A stretch of 64,000 bases of DNA from Octopus vulgaris (lineage: Eukaryota): the NCBI GenBank assembly GCA_951406725.2, contig OX597835.1, forward strand, positions 23,684,001 to 23,748,000, read 5' to 3'. Under the pieces are notes generated by a model that worked only from the letters and a program-made list of their open reading frames with translations, did not search any database and was not told the origin of the DNA. Of this stretch, positions 53,141 through 63,715 are shown piece after piece. The translations under genes and the position numbers were made by a program. The stretch's first letter is position 1. Every line of letters begins with the position of its first letter.

Positions 53141-53265
53141 TTCTAGACTATATAAAGTTAGGAGGTATAAAAGGTGAATATATTTCTTTAACTCTGTATC
53201 TGTAGGATTATGGCTGTTTTGCAGCCTTCATCTTGTAATAATAATTTCATGGCATAATAAATTAA

Positions 53266-53497
53266 GGTGGCAAACTGGCAGACATGTTAGCATGCCGGGC
53301 AAAATGCGTAGCCGTATTTCGTCTACCGTTACGTTGTGATTTCAAATTCCACCGAGGTCGACTTTGCCTTTCATCCTTTCGGGGTCGATAAATTAAGTAC
53401 CAGTTATGCACTGGGGTTGATGTAATCGACTTAATACCTATGTCTGTCCTTGTTTGTCCTCTCTGTGTTTAGCCCCTTGTGGGTAGTAAAGAAATAG
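53266..53497 (+). mobile_element. SINE family B
   Basis: Consensus copy; flanking repeat ataataaatta. Confidence 0.9.
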
Positions 53498-53645
53498 GTA
53501 TAATAAATTATTGTACATGTCTGCACCAATATGCATGCTATACATTGAACAGAACAAGTGTATTTTTACAAATCAATGCAGATATAGAAGGCTTGCTCAT
53601 CAGATCACCAGAACATCATGGTTACGCCATGAAGTGTTTAGTTAA

Positions 53646-53866
53646 CCCTTTAGTGTTCAGATTATTCTGTCAAATGTGATATTTGTTTGTTTATATTGTT
53701 TTGAATTAATCATGCATTATCTTGTAGTTTGGAGATTTCAATGATGTGATTTTTTTAGTTTTAGAACGACATGGTAGGGCTAAGGTGAGAGGCAAAATCT
53801 GGTCAGTTTCAATATAAAACAGGTTAAATATTTTGGCCGGATATGGTCGGTTTGAATGCTAAAGGG
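53646..53866. mobile_element. piggyBac-like MITE (second family; degraded relatives at ~1560-1645 and 24398-24955)
   Basis: TTAA|CCCTTTAGTGTTCAGA...TTTGAATGCTAAAGGG|TTAA. Confidence 0.85.
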
Positions 53867-54585
53867 TTAAACAACTCAACCCCAGTACTTATTTTGTTTT
53901 GAAGTCTATTCTTTTGGCCTCTTTTGTCAAACAGCTTATTTGTAGGAACATAAACAAACTGACACCAGTTGTTAAGCAGTGAAAGAGTACAGTTATAAAC
54001 ATACACACATACACATGCAATGAGCTTCCACACTGCTTCTGTCTACCGAAATCACTCACGAGGCACAGGTCGACCCAGGGCTATAGCAAGAGACATTTCC
54101 CTAAGATGTCATGCTGTGAGGATGAATGCAAAACGACCTGATTGCAAAAGAAGATTCTTCACCACACAGCCATGCCTGCACCTTTATAAATGTGTGTGTG
54201 TGCGCATAAATGTGTGTGTGTGTGTTTCTGTCTCTTTACAATTCAGAGCAGCAAAGGTAATCAATACAGCAAGTAGTTGTTTATATCTTTTATATGTTGC
54301 TTTCTTTCTTTCTTTTTTTTTTTAATTTCAAAAGCGGAGTTATTTCACACTGAGTTATTTTCTAGTAACTTGGTGTGAAATGTCGGTTCCTGTAATATGA
54401 AAAGAGATTTATTGGTGTCTATGAAATGTGTGTGTGTGTATGTATATATATGTATATATATGTATATGTATATATATGTATATGTATATGTATGTATATG
54501 TATATATATATATATGTGTATGTATGTATGTATATGTATGTATACATGTGTGACTGTCTCTGAATACATACATACTTTTGCATGC

Positions 54586-54662
<77 letters not shown>

Positions 54663-55775
54663 CTACATACATACTACATATGTGTGTTTGAGTTTACAAA
54701 CAAGAGAAAAGTCTATCAATGCAACATCTGGAGTTTGTGTGTGTGAGTGAGTATTTTATTTATTTCTTTCTCAAGCTTACAGTTCACACGTGTCTTTAAG
54801 TAATTTATGAAGTCTTTGGTTTTGATTTAAGAAAATAAAAATAAAGAACAAGTGTGTGTGTGTATTCACACATACATGGTAACAAGATCCATTTATATAT
54901 ACTTCACTGTAATGTAAGCCACAATTTGTCTTAGTGAGGTATTTTTCAACAAAAGTGCTCAGCAAATCTTCATAATTATAACATATTTGTGGCTGAAATA
55001 AAATTTATGTAAGCTTATATGGAGTGAAATACACTCACACACATCTATACCTCTATTTTTTTTTTCTCATTACACACACACACACATATATACACACACA
55101 CATACATACTTACATACAGATATACAGACACATGTGCATACATATATACACACTTAGTTTTTATTTTTTTTTACTATATGTATGGCGTTAGGAAGGGCAT
55201 CCAGCTGTAGAAACACTGCCAAATCAGACTGGAGCCTGGTGCAGCCTTCTGGCTTCCCAGATCCTCGGTCGAACCGTCCAACCCATGCTAGCATGGAGAA
55301 CAGACATTAGACGACGATGATGATGATGTATATATACATGCATATACACATATACACCTATTTCTTTATTTCCCTACCTTTTTTTTCCTTCTTTCAGTTA
55401 GTAGATGTGGCCATTCTGGGGCACTGCTGTGAAGAATTTTAGTTGAGCCTAGTACTTATTCTATCAGTTCCTTATGCCAAACTGCTAAGTTAATAGGACG
55501 TAAACACACCAGCACCGGTTGTCAAGCAATGGTGGTGAACAAAGACACACACACTATACATATACAATGGGCTTCTTTCAGTTTCTGTCTTCTCACAAAG
55601 CTTTGGTTGGCCCAAGGCAATAGTAGACGACATTTCCCCAAGGTGCCATGCTGCAGGGTTGAACCTGGAACAATGTGGCTGGGAAGCTAACTTCTTACCA
55701 CATAGCCATGTCTCTCTTTCTCTCACTATATATATACATTTATACACAGGCATATAGATTGTGTGTGTATGTATA

Positions 55776-56042
55776 TGGTCAGGCTCATGGGCCCGGTTTC
55801 CCGGTTTCTGTGGCGTATGTGTTCCCCCCAGCTGGACAGGACGCCAGTCCATCGCAGCGTTACTCAAGAAACAAGAAGAGAGAGTGAGAGAAAGTTGTGG
55901 CGAAAGAGTACAACAGGGGTCGCCACCAGCCCCGCCGGAGCCTTGTGGAGCATTTAGGTGTTTTCGCTCAATAAACACACACAATGCCCTGTTTGAGAAT
56001 CAAAACCGCGATCCTCTAACCACTGGGCCATTGCACCTCCAC
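55776..56042 (-). mobile_element. tRNA-derived SINE (family C2 head, different tail)
   Basis: Same head as 34498-34857, but the tail is gctgcgatggactggcgtcctgtccagc...agaaaccgggaaaccgggccc. Confidence 0.85.
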
Positions 56043-56112
56043 ATATGTGTATGTATATTTATACATATTTTATGTATATATGTGTGTGTATCTATGTATG
56101 CGTGTGTGTGTG

Positions 56113-56161
<49 letters not shown>

Positions 56162-56256
56162 CAGGAAGGTTTACGAAAATAAACAAAAGACAAAGGCAGG
56201 TGGAGTACAAACAAACAGTGTATTAGTATGGCGCTCAGGAATAGAAATAAAACAAG

Positions 56257-56294
56257 TCTTTTACGTTTTGAGCCTATGCTCTTCGACAGAAAGA
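56257..56294 (-). ncRNA. Hammerhead-like motif (CUGUNGA variant, G12 mutated) in a short element at ~56160-56345
   Basis: TCTTT-CTGTCGA-A-GAGC-atag-GCTC-AAAA-CG-TA-AAAGA. Perfect 5-bp stem I and 4-bp stem II. Confidence 0.6.
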
Positions 56295-56523
56295 TACGCA
56301 GAAAAGAAACAAGGAGAGAAAAAAATTGTGTGTCGGGGCTAATGATCCATATATATTTATATATACACATACATAATGCCATTCTTTATAATCTAGTATA
56401 AGAATACTTGAAAAATATAAACCATACTGTACGCTCCTCTTTGTGTAAAAATGAATTTTGGGTTGTGTAGTTTTACAAATTTCTAAATTTTGAAACTCTA
56501 TTTTCAATATTCTTTTTTTACAG

Positions 56524-56670
56524 GAAGCATTTCGTGCTTTCCACAACGACTTGTCATTTGTACGGAAATTCCTGAAGCCATTGCACATTGGATCTTTGTG
56601 TAGTGATGAATTCCCAGTGACGGAGATGTCTGCAGATTTTGAAGAGTTACGAAGAATGGCTGAGAAGATG
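56524..56670 (+). CDS. Fads: Fads coding exon 2 (49 codons)
   Basis: Acceptor tcttttttacag, then EAFRAFHNDLSFVRKFLKPLHIGSLCSDEFPVTEMSADFEELRRMAEKM, then donor gtatgt. Continues exon 1 in frame (DAT|EAFRAFH, cf. FADS2 DAT|DAFRAFH...FLKPLLIG). Confidence 0.95.
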
Positions 56671-57231
56671 GTATGTTCATATCTTTGTCCTTCCTCCCCT
56701 CTCTGTCTCTCATACATATGCATGCATGTGCATATGGACACACACACACACACACACATACACACACATAAGGGGTTAAATGGGTGCTGACGAAAGGTCA
56801 AAAACTCCCGGAATATGGCATATATGCCCTTTACCTTTTTATCATTTGCGATCTCGTTTGCTTAAATCTGACATCTCAGATATGAAATGGCATAACAAAA
56901 ACCAGTGTTGGCTATAATTTCTATAGCAGATCTATAGAGATAAACATAACAAGTGATGTAATAGCACTGCTAACACAGTAGAACATGGTATTGACTTATA
57001 AAAACATTTAACATACTTTGTAGTATATTGTGGTTTTATAACAGAATACCGCATCCCTACAAGTCATTAATGTACATCCATACATTGGTTTGCTTTTAGA
57101 TCAGTGCTTTGTAACCTGCATTAGAAAATTGTCTGAGGTTAGAATATTTTATCACTGGAGTTTTCACATTTCAAAGCTTTAATTAATTATTATATTGTGT
57201 CTGGAGAGAGTCATTTTCTTTTTGTGCCTTA

Positions 57232-57612
57232 TCTCTATATATATAAATGGCAGTTTGTCTGTCTGTGTGTCTGTGTGGCTGTCAGGTTGTACCCTCACCC
57301 TAACCACGGCTTTCAACCGATTCTGATGAAACTTGACACACACATAGCCCAATGTCATAATTCAAAACTAACGCAGCGAAAATTTTGAAAAGTTCCCCCA
57401 GTTCTGAAAAAAATCGATAAATTCGAAATGGGGTCGAGAATCTAAGCTTTTTATATGCAACACATTTTCTGTCGGGAGACAACTAGGAACATCGTATACA
57501 TAGAAGTATTCGAGTGAAGAGAAGACATTGCAACCTACACATACGCCTTCGTTCCCTAGGGGGAAAGGACTAGATTGGGATTAGTCGTTGCCTACTAGGG
57601 CTATGCTGCTAG
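57232..57612 (+). mobile_element. Non-autonomous Helitron
   Basis: 5' TC...CTAG 3'. Inserted between A and T without a TSD, as shown by the uninterrupted mirror arm. Confidence 0.9.
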
Positions 57613-57715
57613 TTATGTAATACACTCACCGGTAAAATTTCCACTTATTTCTTATTTTTATTGTCCTAAAATTTTCATTGCGTCGTGCAACCTTTTCAAT
57701 AGTTTTGAGTCAAAA

Positions 57716-57752
57716 CTATTGAAAAGGTTGCAAGACGCAACGAAAATTTTAG
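57716..57752 (+). ncRNA. Candidate hammerhead with compensatory U3:A8 core
   Basis: CTA-TTGAAAA-G-GTTGC-aagac-GCAAC-GAAA-AT-TT-TAG. Mirror copy on the minus strand at ~57666-57702. Confidence 0.55.
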
Positions 57753-58129
57753 GAAAATTAAAATAAGGAAAAAAGTGGAAATTTTACCGGTGAGTGTGTT
57801 ACATAATAAGGCACAAAAAGAAAATGACTCTCTCCAGACACAACAGAATATGCTTCAACACACGAACTCATATAAAGAATCTTGCAAACCAAATCCCAAA
57901 ACGAAATTAATTATTAATTACCTATTTAAACCACACACATGCATTTGAATATGTCATTGAATGACATACGCCAAGCTGCTTCAGAAAGGCAGTCTCAACA
58001 TCACATGTTCAGCTGCAGTTCAAACTGGAGTTTTATTGGCATACCAAATTGAGCCCTCAGAGTGCATACCTGTTAGTTTGAGTCACCTGACGAAAACTCC
58101 TTGCATACATGATATACATACATTTTTTT

Positions 58130-58530
58130 TTTTCCTTTTACTTCTTTCATTCATTTGACTGCAGCCATGCTGGAGCACTGCCTTAAGTCGTACAAACCAA
58201 CCCCAGGACTTATTCTTTGTAAGCCTAGCACTTGTTTTATCAAGTTTCTTTTGCCAAGCCACTAAGTTATGGGGATGTAAACACGCCAACATCGGTTGTC
58301 AAGTGATGGTGGGGGAACAAACACACACAAATACATACATACATACATACATGCTTGCAAGTATGCATGATAAGCTTCTTTTAGTTTCTGTCTACCAAAT
58401 CCACTCACAAAGCTTTGGTCAACCCGAAGCTATAGTAATAGACTCTTGCTCAAGTTGCCATGCAGTGGGACTCAACTTGGAACCATATGGTTGGGAAGCA
58501 AGCTTCTTACCACACAGCCACTCCTGCGCC
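58130..58530 (-). mobile_element. SINE family A
   Basis: Reverse complement of the family A consensus. Confidence 0.85.
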
Positions 58531-58976
58531 TATCTTAATTGTAAAAAAAAATGAAACCATTATTCTATGTTAATTTAGTTTAATTTTGTCAAGCTCCCTT
58601 TTCAGTTTGTAAGATAGAAATTTAAATGTAATAAAATGTTTTAAAAGACAATTAAAGTGCCTACGTGATAACTGTAAACCTGCTTATGGGCCACCCTGTA
58701 TTCATATACATACACTAGTAATAAGAAAAAAATGACACACACACGCACACACACACACACACACACACACTATGAGTATATTTAGACCTCTTGTAGGAAT
58801 ACTTTTATCCAAGATATACTGGTTTAATATGAGATATTTTTTCAATAAATATATTATAAAATATAAAAATATTAAGTGTGAAAATGGAGAGTTTCAATGA
58901 GTATAAATGAATTGATTTAATTTATGCATATTGAAACTCTCCATTTTGAAACTTCATAATAATAATAATAATGATT

Positions 58977-59011
<35 letters not shown>

Positions 59012-59224
59012 GATACACACACACACACTCTCTTTCTCTTTCTCTCCCTCTCTATCCAAATTTAATTGATTTCTGGTGTGTTAGTATTAAGAGGATTAAT
59101 TTCACATTGAAAAAGATAACACCCTACAATGGCTATGATACCTATCCCACCCTTACAGACACCCGCACTCCCCAACCTCTTTGTTTAATTCCATTTTTTA
59201 TCTTTTTCTCTTGTTTATTTCCAG

Positions 59225-59371
59225 GGATTATTTAAACCAAGTTACTGTTTCTTTTTCCTAAATGTGGGACACGTACTTATATTGGAGGTATTTGCTTACC
59301 TTACCCTGAAGTACTTGGGTACAGGATGGCTACCCTATTTCCTCTCTGTCCTGTTTTATTCCATTGTGCAA
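59225..59371 (+). CDS. Fads: Fads coding exon 3 (49 codons, first transmembrane hairpin); gene continues beyond the window
   Basis: Acceptor tttatttccag, then GLFKPSYCFFFLNVGHVLILEVFAYLTLKYLGTGWLPYFLSVLFYSIVQ, then donor gtaagt. Matches FADS2 NLFK...GNGWIP...TSQ, which precedes the AQAGWLQHD first His box. That His box was not found in the remaining 4.6 kb. Confidence 0.94.
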
Positions 59372-59401
59372 GTAAGTACTGGAGATATTAATTTGTTGCT
59401 T

Positions 59402-59433
<32 letters not shown>

Positions 59434-59741
59434 ACTGCTGCTGCTGTGTTTGTTGTTGTTGTTGATGTCGTGTCAAAATCAGTGTTTTCCCCAGGCAATA
59501 GAATTTCAATTTGCAGCAGGGAGCTGTACCTCTCATGGTACCTATTTATGTAAGAGTAAAAGGTACCATATTTGCTAAAAAGGATCTGACTGTACCTTCT
59601 TATTCCTGTCCACAGCATGTACCACTTCTCCATTCTGCCTTGGTTCTTTTTTTTTTTTTGTTATATTCATTTCTCCATGCTAGCAGAGGAATATTGCTAT
59701 TTAATATTATTCATGAATATATTAATGCTAAATATTAAATA

Positions 59742-60098
59742 CTAGCACTATGACCTGGCAACGCCGGGTCGTAGTGCATGCATATACAGCTGCGTGCGTG
59801 CACACATACACGCGAGTACTGTCAAATGTGCGACCAATCACATACAGTTAGCTGGTATTCAATTGGTGTATCAAGTTTTGGGCATTTTGATTGGGTTTTG
59901 GATAGAAAATTCACAAAAAAGTCACTTCTATTGATTTTTTAATGGCTTTGCAGGCTGACTGGGGAAATGTAAAGATGTGCACGACCACCCTTGGACGGTT
60001 TTGAATGACCATAGAAAGTGCGAGCCCTCTAACTGAAAAATTGTGGATTTGTATAAAGGACACGCACACAGACATTTTGCCATTTATATTTTGAGAGA
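59742..60098 (-). mobile_element. Non-autonomous Helitron
   Basis: Minus strand starts TCTCTC and ends gcactacgacccggc-gtt-gccaggtcatagtg-CTAG|T (long 3' hairpin). Confidence 0.85.
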
Positions 60099-60108
60099 TT
60101 ATTAAATA

Positions 60109-60953
60109 CTAGCAGAATTGCCCGGCGTTGCTCGGGGCTGAATTGCTTGAAAGTACTGTTAATGATTGCACTGAATTATGATGATTATTCAGGCAAATAT
60201 TGATATAAGCTTACGGTGGGAGATAAGGACTTAACGATCAAACGTGTGCCATTGCATTGTTTTGGGGGAACCAAATTTCTGATGAGCATTATAGGGGCAC
60301 CAACTTTAAGTTTGAGAAAGTGTGGTGGTAGTCCGGGGTGCTCAAAGGAATTGAGTACCTCTATTGGATAGTTGATGACGTCCTCTGGGTCAGGAGTTGT
60401 ATCGATAGACTAATATACATAGACTTCCCCAGGAATGAGTTTTAGCATTTCATCATTAATATGGTGAACAGTTTTATTCCTCGGGGCCAGTATAGCCTTT
60501 TTGCCAATCCAATCCATATTCTGATAATTAGCTTGTAGATCTGGGAACACTGCATCTCTGAGATCAGAAGGCGTCTTAACAATGGTACAAATGGAATCGA
60601 TGGCAATATTACCATTTTCATCCCCTGGTATTTTGCCTTCGCCAAATGCAAGGAGGGTGTGAGGAAATGCTGCTGATGTGATATTATGTCGCATATGAGC
60701 ACGCATATTGGTGTGAAGTTTGAGAGTTACTTCCGTTTATTTTTAAAAATATGCATTAAAATGGAAAAAAATGATGGTAAATTATTTGTAAAATCATAGA
60801 CTCATCGTAGACGCGCGCTAATACCCAGAAGGGCTCGATATGAATCACGACTATAAGATACCCGGTTTTGGTTAAATTGCATCGCAAAATGTGGGAGTAG
60901 TTAGGAATCTAAATCGGAGTAGACAGACACACAACCTTTCTTTTATATATAAA
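60109..60953 (-). mobile_element. Helitron derivative carrying a PIF1-type helicase fragment (~60730-60210)
   Basis: KLHTNMRAH...AILAPRNKTVHHIN...Y*SIDT...[34 protein letters not shown]...CNGTRLIV. 3' hairpin cccgagcaacgccggg followed by CTAG. Confidence 0.92.
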
Positions 60954-61440
60954 TATTTTCGTCCTAAAAAACTTTGTATGGATTGAATGGTTACCTCTAT
61001 GGAAATATATACACGCACATTATACATACATGTGTGTATAGATGAATATATAAATACATTTAAATATCTATATACACTTTTGGGCGATCTTTCTGTTTCT
61101 TAGAGATAACTTAAGATCTTATTTTCGTGCTAAAAAACTTTGTATGGAGTGAATGGTTACCTCTATGGAAATATATACACACACGTTATACATACATGTG
61201 TGCATAGATGAATATATAAATACATTTATATATCTTTATACACTTTTGGGCGATCTTTCTGCTACTTAGAGATAACTTTAGATCTTATTTTCGTCCTAAA
61301 AAACTTTGTGCGGAGTGAATGGTTACGTGTATGGAAATATATACACACACATTATACATACATCTGTGTATAGATGAATATATAAATACATTTAAATATC
61401 TATATACACTTTTGGGCGATCTTTCTGCTACTTGGATATA
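60954..61440. repeat. Three tandem copies of a 166-bp unit
   Basis: tattttcgt(c/g)ctaaaaaactttg starts at 60954, 61120 and 61286. Confidence 0.95.
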
Positions 61441-61442
61441 GG

Positions 61443-61887
61443 GGCGATGTTTCGCTTGTCGTAGCACACGTTTCCGTCGATTTCCGTAAAAAATGTAAAC
61501 ACTGAATCGGCCATACATACATACATACATACACACACATACATACACACACACACTCACATACATGCATACATACATATACACATAAATCGAATAAAAA
61601 ATTTCAGTTATCTCTCTCTTTCACACATTACTCTCTCTGTCTCTTCACACACACTAACAGAAGCACTTCACTTACACAACATACTGTCTGTCTCCCACAC
61701 TCCATCAAACACATACACACACACACATGTACATCAATGCGTCCCATGCACGGTAACTTCAAAAGAACTTCCCTCGTCATACAATCGCTTTCTCTTAGTC
61801 TCTTTTGCTCTCATTACTTATGTAAAAAAATAAAAGTTTTTTACGGAAATCGACGGAAACCTGTGCTACGACAAGCGAAACATCGCC
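61443..61887. mobile_element. MITE with ~50-bp TIRs and 8-bp TSD (Merlin-like)
   Basis: GGCGATGTTTCGCTTGTCGTAGCAC...CCGTAAAAAA / TTTTTTACGG...GTGCTACGACAAGCGAAACATCGCC. TSD gatatagg (61435-61442 / 61888-61895). Confidence 0.85.
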
Positions 61888-62684
61888 GATATAGGTCTTA
61901 TATTCGTCCTAAAATACTTTCCTGTCACACACTCACGCACATGCACACACACACACGCACCCTCACACACACACACACACTCACACACACGCACGTTAGC
62001 TTACAATTTTATTTATATATTTGCGTGTCTATGTGTGTAAAGAGGAAGTGGCAGACTGAAAGAGTCACTCACTACAAAAGGTGAATTACAGTCATTTTAT
62101 TCGTTGCACACTGTGTGTGTGCGTGTGGTGTAAAACACATTAAGAAAAGCATTTGACATACACACCAGAATGTGAGTTTTCTGTAAATTTTGCTTAATTG
62201 GAGTTTAAATTTTAAAAAGTGGACCTGGCAAAACCCGATGCATTCTACTCTTAAAAATGCTAAGTAAATTGTAATTGAAGAAATCCTATATTGTAGATTT
62301 CTATAACTGACAAAGGGAGGCAGATAAAATCTGCCTTTTATAATAAGAGATTCACAAGATTGTGGTTTTGATTTCCAAACATTTGGTGTGGTGTGTTCCT
62401 GATCAAAACTCTTCATTTCACATTGCTCCAGTCCACTTGTCTGCAAACGGGTCACCCTGTGATGGACTGACATTCTGTTCTGAGGGATTGTTGGCCTGAA
62501 AGCTTGATAAGTAGGGTGGCATTGTTCAAAAGCTACATTAATGTGAGCAATCGCATTGTGACCAGTGGTGTATAACATAATCTGATAATCTGTTTGATGT
62601 AGTGAAACGGTGATATTCACAAATTGATTATTGATCATTGGTAGCAATTTTTTGTGGTGTATATAGTTTTGTTGAACTGTAGCA

Positions 62685-63070
62685 ATGTGGTAAGAAGTTT
62701 TCTTCCCTACCATATAGTTCCAGGTTCAATTCCACAACATGGCACTTTGGGCAAGTGTCTTTTGTATAATTCAGGGTTGACTAAAGCCTTGTGAATGGGT
62801 TTGGTAGATGGAAACTAAAAGAAGCCTCCGTGTGTATGTGTGTTCCTGTCTTGACATTGCATTGTAGCTGTAAATGAATGTCACTGTCATACAAGCAGTG
62901 TCATTCATTTCCAATATCATGCAGAAGCATGTCTGGCCATGGGGAAAATATTACCTTGCTTGGAAGTGTTTCAGGGTTAGCAACAGGAAGGGCATCCAGC
63001 TGTAGAAAATCTGCTTCTATATACACTCTCTGACCCATGCAAACATGGAATAGAGGACATTAAAATAATG
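62685..63070 (+). mobile_element. SINE with family A head and RTE-derived tail (family F)
   Basis: The 5' half matches family A. The 3' end aggaagggcatccagctgtagaaa...acccatgc...ggacattaaa matches the RTE 3' terminus. Confidence 0.8.
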
Positions 63071-63715
63071 TGAATTTTCAGAAAGCACCTGTTGTCATGG
63101 AATTGTTTCTGTTTTCAGCTCCTTCCGTCTCCTTTCTGGTTATCTCTACTTCCAGATCTTTGCATTTGTCTTTATTTGTTTCAATCATAGGACCGTGGCT
63201 ATGCTGGGGCACCAACTTGAAGGGTTTTAGTTGAACAAATTGACCCCAGTACATACATTTTCAAGTCTGTTACTTATTTTATTGGTCTCTTTTGCTGAAC
63301 TGCCAGGTTACTTGGATGTAAACCAACTAACAACAGCAGTGAGGGACAAACACTAAGTTACACACACAAACACACACAACAGGCTTCCTCACAGTTTCCT
63401 TCTACCAAATTCACTCACAAGGTATTTGTTGGTTCTGAGTCTGTAGCAGAAGGCTCTTGCCCAAAGTGCTATGTAGTGGGACTGAACCTGAAAGGATATG
63501 GTTACAAAGCAAGCTTCTTAACCGCACAGCCATGCCTGCTCCTACATAACCAGAGATACATTGTAATCTATTAGTTTAATCAGGAAATCCTTTGTTTTCC
63601 ACAACAATATCTGGTAAATTTAGTTTTGATTTTTCTGTTTGTGTAGATGTGTGCATCACGTTTTGTTTGTAGCCCTTTATTAATCATTTATACCCTTGCT
63701 GGTATATATTTGCAC

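Larger units (their letters stand above)
57193..57904. mobile_element. Fold-back palindromic element (Penelope-like inverted structure) with a variant hammerhead in each arm
   Basis: Arms mirror about 57709 (57195-57231 + 57613-57708 vs 57710-57843). Unpaired 3' extension to 57904. 12-bp direct repeat aattaattatta (57181-57192 / 57905-57916). Confidence 0.8.

Noticed and set aside
60410-60706. Host PIF1 helicase gene
   Set aside because: Fragment with an in-frame stop, bounded by Helitron termini.
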